The notes beneath the pieces were generated by a model that was not told the DNA's origin, ran no database searches, and saw only the letters and a program-made list of their open reading frames with translations. This document shows positions 49,575 through 55,148 of a DNA stretch of 55,148 bases, in pieces. Source of the stretch: Synechococcus sp. Lineage in GTDB: Bacteria; Cyanobacteriota; Cyanobacteriia; Thermostichales; PCC-7336. Position 1 is the stretch's first letter, and the number at the start of each line of letters is the position of its first letter. The stretch is taken from positions 1-55,148 of the forward strand of contig JBFRWD010000009.1 in the NCBI GenBank assembly GCA_051439425.1, read 5' to 3'. Both the position numbers and the translations under genes were made by a program.

Positions 49575-51464
49575 ATGGGGACCATTGCACGATTATGGAT
49601 GGGTGTCGCGATCGCTGGTTTGACCGGCATAGGATTCGCAATTTGGCAGGGAATAGAAACTCCGTCTTTTGAAACACCTTCCTTAGCAACCCCTGTCACT
49701 GAAGAATTAACAACCTCCCATGGCTGGCCCCAAGTCAACCCGTTGCCCAGCGATCGCCAAGTGTGGCATTGCGATGTTGTCGTAGTCGGTGGCTCGCTAG
49801 GGGGAGTTGCGGCAGCAGCCCATGCCATGCAAGCAGGAGCGCAAACCTGTCTGATTGAGCTGACACCATGGTTGGGGGGGCAGATTTCGTCGCAGGGGGT
49901 ATCGGCAATCGACGAATCGCTGGTGATGCGGCGACAACAAAACTTTTCAGGCAGCTGGAATCGCTTCAAGCAGATTTTGTTGAATCAAACCGTTGCGTTA
50001 CCGGAATCCGTAACCGGCAGATCGTCAGCTCGGGTCTCGGATATCAATGGCTGCTGGGTCGGAGATTTGTGCTTTCCACCCGAGGCGGGACATTTGGCGG
50101 CGCAAGAATTGTTGGAATCTGCTCAGCAGCAGGCTCCAGACAGTCGCTGGCTTTCTTCAGTGGCGTTTAAAGGGGCTGAATTTAATACAGAGGGCGATCG
50201 CATTACAGCTATTTACGCTGTAGCCAGAACCCCTCGCGACCCAAACTACAGTCCCGCCGGTCGTCTATCGCAGGAATTACACGACTGGTACGGCTGGGAT
50301 TCAGATGAACTATTTGAGAAAACGGCGATCGAACTGAGAGCATCAGAGGGGCGAGATCTAGTGGTTATCGATGCCACAGATACGGGGGAGGTCGTTGGTT
50401 GGGCCAATATTCCCCATCGGCTGGGGTCTGATAGTCAAGCAATAACGGGGGAACCCCATGCTGTTGCCGATAACCCGGACTGCACACAAGCATTTACCTT
50501 TCCGTTTGTGTTGGCGATCGCCCCCGATGATGGCAATACACTTGAACGCTTGGCCACTTTAGATACGACATACGCCAAAGTCGAACATCGCCGAGATTTT
50601 TCCCTGAGCGGATTTAACCTGCTATCGGGGCGCAGCGTGTTTAACTATCGCCGTATTGCCAGCATGACAAGTAGCGATCCAATGACTGGGACGCCGGGGT
50701 TGGGAGATATGACCGCGATCAATTGGAATCGTGGCAATGACTGGAATTTGATGAACCCTCCGCTCATCCTGACCGCAGAGCAGGTACAAGCCAGCGGACA
50801 AGATCGCGACTGGTTGGGAGGGCTGAATACTGAAGCGCTGCAGCAGGCCGAAGCCCACGCGTTGTTATTTGCGGAATGGTTGATGCAGAACTATTCCAGC
50901 CCAGAGACACCGCTAACGATGCTATCGGGAGAGGACTCTCCATTGCAGACCACATCTGGACTGAGCATGTACCCCTACATCCGCGAAGGTCGGCGGATTT
51001 TGGGGCGATCGGCGTACGGTGATGATGCCTTCCAGCTGAGGGAGCAAGATATTCGGCTAGATATGACTGGAGGTAGAGAGTTTGCAGACCGCAGCGTAGC
51101 CACCACCAACTATGCAGTTGATATTCACGGCTGTCGGTACCGCAATTGGGAACCATCAGGAGAAGCGAGTTCGGCCCCTGCAAACGAGTTTGCTGTCCGC
51201 AATATTCAGATTCCACTAGAGGCTCTGTTGCCCCAAGACATCGATAACTTATTAATTGGCGGCAAGGGGATCGCCGTCACCCATATTGTGAATGCGGCCA
51301 CTCGTACCCACTACGGGGAATGGAGTATTGGAGGGGCTGCTGGGGCGATCGCTGCCTATCACTTACAAACCGACGTAACGGCGCCGTTAGCATCCTTAAC
51401 GTTCGCAGACAATACAGTTCGACTTCGTAGCCTACTTATTCAGCAACAGTTGCGTGTCGAGTAG
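49575..51464 (+). CDS. Membrane-anchored FAD-dependent oxidoreductase (FAD_oxidored family)
   Basis: N-terminal TM, DVVVVGGSLGGVAAA, WLGGQISSQGVSAIDE, IDATDTGE, PYIREGRRI, NLLIGGKGIAVTHIVNAATR. Confidence 0.88.
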   Translation: MGTIARLWMGVAIAGLTGIGFAIWQGIETPSFETPSLATPVTEELTTSHGWPQVNPLPSDRQVWHCDVVVVGGSLGGVAAAAHAMQAGAQTCLIELTPWLGGQISSQGVSAIDESLVMRRQQNFSGSWNRFKQILLNQTVALPESVTGRSSARVSDINGCWVGDLCFPPEAGHLAAQELLESAQQQAPDSRWLSSVAFKGAEFNTEGDRITAIYAVARTPRDPNYSPAGRLSQELHDWYGWDSDELFEKTAIELRASEGRDLVVIDATDTGEVVGWANIPHRLGSDSQAITGEPHAVADNPDCTQAFTFPFVLAIAPDDGNTLERLATLDTTYAKVEHRRDFSLSGFNLLSGRSVFNYRRIASMTSSDPMTGTPGLGDMTAINWNRGNDWNLMNPPLILTAEQVQASGQDRDWLGGLNTEALQQAEAHALLFAEWLMQNYSSPETPLTMLSGEDSPLQTTSGLSMYPYIREGRRILGRSAYGDDAFQLREQDIRLDMTGGREFADRSVATTNYAVDIHGCRYRNWEPSGEASSAPANEFAVRNIQIPLEALLPQDIDNLLIGGKGIAVTHIVNAATRTHYGEWSIGGAAGAIAAYHLQTDVTAPLASLTFADNTVRLRSLLIQQQLRVE

Positions 51465-51605
51465 CGATCGCCTCTTGGAGGACGGACAAGCCCCATAGCA
51501 ATCCACTGTAAGGTCTGGAGTGCGAAAACAGCTCAAACTCTATGTTTACCGGGAAAAATGGCTAGAGTAATTCTCCGTAGCTGATTGCAGAAAGCCATAC
51601 ATACA

Positions 51606-52568
51606 CTAGGAATCAAATTCAACAACGCGATACACAATGGCTCCTTCATCCGAGAAAGCCTCGTAGTAGACCCCGCTGCAATCGAAGAACTCGAAGCCGT
51701 CAATCTCAAAGGCCTCGCATCCATCCGGTAAATAGGTCACGACAGCAGTGGGAGGGGGCTCGACAACGATGTAACTGTCGTTCTCGGGCAGCATATAAAC
51801 GCCATCGGAATAGATATAGCGAGTCGAGCCGACATACACCGTCGAGTAGTAGGGCGGTGGAGAGTTGAGGGCAGCACCAATAGCCAAGCCTGTGGCAAAC
51901 CCCACTAGCCCCCAGCCAGGGGGAGTATAGTATCCTCCGCCGTACCAGCCACCGCCGTACCACCCTCCCCCCCGATTGACATCTTCGATATTGATATCGC
52001 GGCTGTTATCGATGTTGATATTGCGGTCACTGGGAGAAACGCTGATATTACTTTCACGATTTCTCAAATTATTTTGGACCTCAGAGCGCTCAGATTCCGA
52101 CAATCGATTGACGTCATTTCGATTTGCTCGGTCTCCGTCTATCGATCGCGGGTTGGAGCGCTGCCCATCGAGAGAAGCAGGCGATCGATTCAGATTGCCT
52201 CGATCTTGCAAGTTGTGGCGGGGATTATCAGCAGAGGGGCGCGAGGGATTGGATAAACTGGACGGTCGATCTGGATTCGACGGTCTTGACGTGCGTGAAG
52301 GGGGGCTGGACGGACGACTCGATGGCAGACTCGATGGCCTGGAGAGTGAAGATGGAGAGCGTGATGGACTACTAGGACGACTGATATTTCCGCGAGTTCG
52401 AGTACTGGTTCTGCTTGGAACCGAACGGTGGCTAGCTCGCTGACGAGAAATGCTACTACGGGCTTGCGGTCTACCACCCCTACGTTGAGCGGTAACACTG
52501 TCCGAGAACGCAAAAACCAGGAGAGTAGCGAGCAATAGACAGACGATGGGCCGCAGACTGAGTTTCAT
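51606..52568 (-). CDS. Secreted protein with a long Ser/Arg/Pro-rich disordered region, GGGWY repeats and a C-terminal DUF6515-like domain
   Basis: Signal peptide (VTA-Q), SRPSS repeats, GGGWYGGGWYGGGYY, Tyr-rich beta repeats YIYSDGVY...YIVVEPP...CSGVYY. Confidence 0.7.
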   Translation of the reverse strand: MKLSLRPIVCLLLATLLVFAFSDSVTAQRRGGRPQARSSISRQRASHRSVPSRTSTRTRGNISRPSSPSRSPSSLSRPSSLPSSRPSSPPSRTSRPSNPDRPSSLSNPSRPSADNPRHNLQDRGNLNRSPASLDGQRSNPRSIDGDRANRNDVNRLSESERSEVQNNLRNRESNISVSPSDRNINIDNSRDINIEDVNRGGGWYGGGWYGGGYYTPPGWGLVGFATGLAIGAALNSPPPYYSTVYVGSTRYIYSDGVYMLPENDSYIVVEPPPTAVVTYLPDGCEAFEIDGFEFFDCSGVYYEAFSDEGAIVYRVVEFDS

Positions 52569-52619
52569 GAGAACGATGACCTAACGGGATGAACGGCATA
52601 ATGGCAGGACTTGAAATTG

Positions 52620-53402
52620 TTATTCTTGAGGCAAAAAGTCCACCTGGCGGTCTCCGTCCGACGGCACAAACGTGAAGGCATCGTCTTCTGTATTGGGGTC
52701 AAAATTCCAATTGCTGAATACTGCCGTATATTGGGGCTGCCCCGAAAGGGTTTTGTAAGTAATCACAATTTTTTGAATGAGGGGGGTATCACCTTCACTC
52801 ACCCATATTTGAAAGTCTTTCTCATCCGTTGTGAAGAGCAAGTGCTGCGCGGGAACTCGATTGACGTAACTCGTTCCTAGGTAGGTGCTGCTGTTGATAG
52901 CGTTAGAAATTCGATCTAAGGGGTCGGACAGGAGTAACGTCGACAGGGGAATCGAGACTCCTCGAATTTCCTCTAAATCAAGAACCAATTCATCAATAGT
53001 CACCGAAGCTTCTTCCGAAATATAGAAGCCAGTATCGGAATAGAAGATGGATAGATTTTCACCATCGTGAAATAGCTGATTGGCATTCAAGTCCCCGACA
53101 TAGTCGACGAATAAGCGATTGGGACGACTGACAACAATTTCTTGATAAGCACTGTACTGAATTTTTTCTCCAGTCACTAGAACATTATCAAATTCAATAT
53201 CTATCTCAAACGAAAATTCATCTCGATCTGCTAAATTCCCCAAGGAACTTTCCAAAAGCTCGATCGCTCGACTGTCTGAAGAAAATTCAAGCAGATCGGG
53301 TGTGCTGCTGGAATCATTTTGGGCCAAGCTGGCAGGGAATCCGCTCAAGAAAAGGAGAGACGAAGAAGTCAGTAAAGCTGCGATCGAGCGTCTTCTAATC
53401 AT
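52620..53402 (-). CDS. DUF2092 family periplasmic protein (LolA-like fold)
   Basis: Signal peptide; VSRPNRLFVDY, HDGENLSI, QHLLF, DFQIWV, KIVITYK..PQY, WNFDP, FTFVP. Confidence 0.82.
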   Translation of the reverse strand: MIRRRSIAALLTSSSLLFLSGFPASLAQNDSSSTPDLLEFSSDSRAIELLESSLGNLADRDEFSFEIDIEFDNVLVTGEKIQYSAYQEIVVSRPNRLFVDYVGDLNANQLFHDGENLSIFYSDTGFYISEEASVTIDELVLDLEEIRGVSIPLSTLLLSDPLDRISNAINSSTYLGTSYVNRVPAQHLLFTTDEKDFQIWVSEGDTPLIQKIVITYKTLSGQPQYTAVFSNWNFDPNTEDDAFTFVPSDGDRQVDFLPQE

Positions 53403-53695
53403 GGCTATCAAGAAAGCAGATCGAAATGGGAAGTCATTATATCAACAAAGAATTGGTGGCGCACAACCTGGAACTGAAGTAGAAAAACTAACGTTTTAAA
53501 GAAAAACTTATTCTATAGACCAAGTTTGAATATTGAATTAAACATGAATTTATGGCGGATCCAACTTGGATTGCGATCGTTTAGGTTGCTTTGAAAAAGA
53601 GTCAATGACTATGGATCGAGGGGGATTCAGCAAGCAACTCAGTCATCGTTTCTGGGTTGCTACAATTACCAACCCAGAAAAGAAGAAATTCTTCT

Positions 53696-53843
53696 TTTCA
53701 AATGAACACCCCCGCCCCAAGGGACGGGGGCACGTCACTTCGCTCACACGCTTTGCAGCTCGTCTTCTTCAGCAGCTCTCTTCGGATGCTGCCGCTGCGA
53801 ATGGCGCGAGCGGCGGGGAAGCGACCCGCCGTAAAGATTGAAA
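53696..53843 (-). mobile_element. GC-rich multi-hairpin element resembling a non-autonomous IS200/IS605 derivative (PATE-like)
   Basis: The minus strand ends CCCCCGTCC-CTTG-GGGCGGGGG-TGTTCA, like an IS200/IS605 right end. The other end has hairpin GGCGGG-GAAGCGA-CCCGCC. It is a GC-rich patch in an AT-rich spacer with no transposase. Confidence 0.55.
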
Positions 53844-53872
53844 TACGATTCGTGAGTGCGAGAAAAGGTGGG

Positions 53873-54775
53873 TCATACGAAAAGAAACCCTAGCCCGAGC
53901 AGCAAACCGCTCCAAAAGTGAAACGCCACCGCAATGAACTTAGAACCACTGATTTTCTGCGGGTTGTCGTGGTGTAGGTGCACGAGACGAACCAAGCGAA
54001 CGGCAGGAGGAAGGCTAGCGATCGCCAGTAATCCACCAATTGGCATGACTTCGAAAATCGTCAACGCGACCAACACCCCAAAAAATGCCAGCAACATTCC
54101 TGTCACCACTTTGGCACCGGTAGCCGTCCCCAATCGCACAATGGGCGATCGCTTCCCTGCCGCCAAGTCATCCGTTACCTGATGAAAGTGCGAGCAGAAC
54201 AAAATTAATGTCGTACTGAGACCAATAAGGACAGAGGCGACAAGACTGGCTGGTGACCAGGCTTGTGCCTGACTGTAGTAGGCAGCTCCTACCGCCATCG
54301 GCCCAAAGGTTAACCAACAGATTGGCTCTCCTAACCCTTGATACCCCAGTCGAAACGGCGGCCCCTGATACATGTAACCCAAAAAACAGGCGATCGCGAT
54401 AATCGCCACCACCGTCCAGTCCTGCTGCCACCAAGAAATTGCAGCAATTCCGGCTACTCCTAGAATTAAAAGAACATTTGCGATCACAAACACCGCCGGC
54501 GCATTCCCCGTCAAATTCACCACGGAATGTGCTTTGTTCTTATCGATCCCGGTCTTGGCATCGAAGACGTCGTTGGTTAAATTCAGCCAGGCCAGGATGG
54601 CAATTGCTGCCCCGATAAACGTTGTAAAGGTACGCCAATCGACCGATCCAGTTTCTCCCCAAGCGATCGCGCTCCCCACCCAGATAGGCACGATTGCCAC
54701 GCTATACATAGGTGGCTTGATGGCTGCCAGCCACAGTTTGCGTCGAGAAGGAATAGTTGATGGTGGAACTGCCAT
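53873..54775 (-). CDS. menA: 1,4-dihydroxy-2-naphthoate phytyltransferase (phylloquinone synthesis, UbiA family)
   Basis: KLWLAAIKPPMYSVA, WLNLTNDVFDAKTGIDKNK, YQGPPFRLGYQGLGE, SHFHQVTDDLAAGKRSPIVRLG; start uncertain (54775 or 54826). Confidence 0.95.
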   Translation of the reverse strand: MAVPPSTIPSRRKLWLAAIKPPMYSVAIVPIWVGSAIAWGETGSVDWRTFTTFIGAAIAILAWLNLTNDVFDAKTGIDKNKAHSVVNLTGNAPAVFVIANVLLILGVAGIAAISWWQQDWTVVAIIAIACFLGYMYQGPPFRLGYQGLGEPICWLTFGPMAVGAAYYSQAQAWSPASLVASVLIGLSTTLILFCSHFHQVTDDLAAGKRSPIVRLGTATGAKVVTGMLLAFFGVLVALTIFEVMPIGGLLAIASLPPAVRLVRLVHLHHDNPQKISGSKFIAVAFHFWSGLLLGLGFLFV

Positions 54776-54920
54776 GTACGGGGTACTGGGGATTACCGGG
54801 CCTGGAAACGTTACCAATTGTCTCATTGCCGTAGGGCTCGCACGCAGCGATCGAGCCAAAATCTCGCCTATTTTCTGTGCTAGCACCAAACTAGTAGCGC
54901 TACTTTCCCGTCGAGCACTC

Positions 54921-54926
54921 TATAAT
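54921..54926 (+). promoter_or_regulatory. Candidate -10 element (TATAAT) for psbD
   Basis: Perfect TATAAT about 95 nt upstream of the psbD ATG; not verified. Confidence 0.35.
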
Positions 54927-55021
54927 GAGAGCGCTCGCAAACTATCTTTACAATTATTCGAGCTTCTTCTGCTCTGTAGTTTGCATGTCATTTTTGTCCA
55001 TACCCTCAGGAGGGTAATTCC

Positions 55022-55148
55022 ATGACCATCGCAATGGGTCGCAGCCAAGCGAACCGCGGCTGGTTCGACATCATGGACGACTGGCTCAAGCGGGACCGAT
55101 TCGTATTCGTCGGTTGGTCCGGCCTGCTGCTGTTTCCTTGTGCGTTCC
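55022..55148 (+). CDS. psbD: Photosystem II D2 protein, 5' part, runs off the right edge
   Basis: Manual translation [51 protein letters not shown]. Confidence 0.98.
   Translation, partial: MTIAMGRSQANRGWFDIMDDWLKRDRFVFVGWSGLLLFPCAF

Noticed and set aside
53808..53844. Hairpin followed by ATTGAAA, resembling the 3' end of a CRISPR repeat
   Set aside because: Single occurrence, no repeat-spacer periodicity and no cas genes in the window; better explained as part of the hairpin element.
53566..53893. ORFs of 91 and 78 aa over the hairpin element
   Set aside because: They start at TTG, have no recognisable protein features and span a structured GC-rich element; likely spurious.

Overview
A 55-kb stretch of a cyanobacterial chromosome, judged from frequent HIP1 GCGATCGC sites, chlH, menA, the 5' end of psbD, and pentapeptide-repeat and DUF2993/DUF3181-type genes. 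The left half (1-23 kb) is mostly housekeeping: an AMIN-domain AmiC-like amidase cut by the window edge, the formaldehyde detoxification pair frmA/frmB, ilvA, an Ada-type methyltransferase with an EamA transporter, an alanine/glycine:cation symporter, sufE, a degenerate COG0523 (CobW-like) protein and chlH. An AT-rich ~2-kb island at 5.2-7.3 kb carries an orphan two-gene membrane module. After an IS982 relic at 23.2-23.6 kb comes a ~24-kb Wzy-dependent exopolysaccharide cluster (wzc, wzy, two paralogous wzx, six glycosyltransferases). Its accessory set is unusual: a SAM methyltransferase, an asparagine-synthetase-like ATP pyrophosphatase lacking the catalytic Cys1, a polysaccharide-lyase-like protein and, most notably, a DUF4347 + 2x CBM-like + nitrilase-superfamily fusion protein. 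Together these may form an undescribed glycan amidation/de-amidation tailoring system (inference). The non-coding DNA holds an 84-bp structured repeat present twice in opposite orientation (2220-2303 and 15501-15584) and a ~140-bp hairpin-rich element resembling a non-autonomous IS200/IS605 derivative (53696-53843). All family calls come from motif recognition by eye; no database searches were run.
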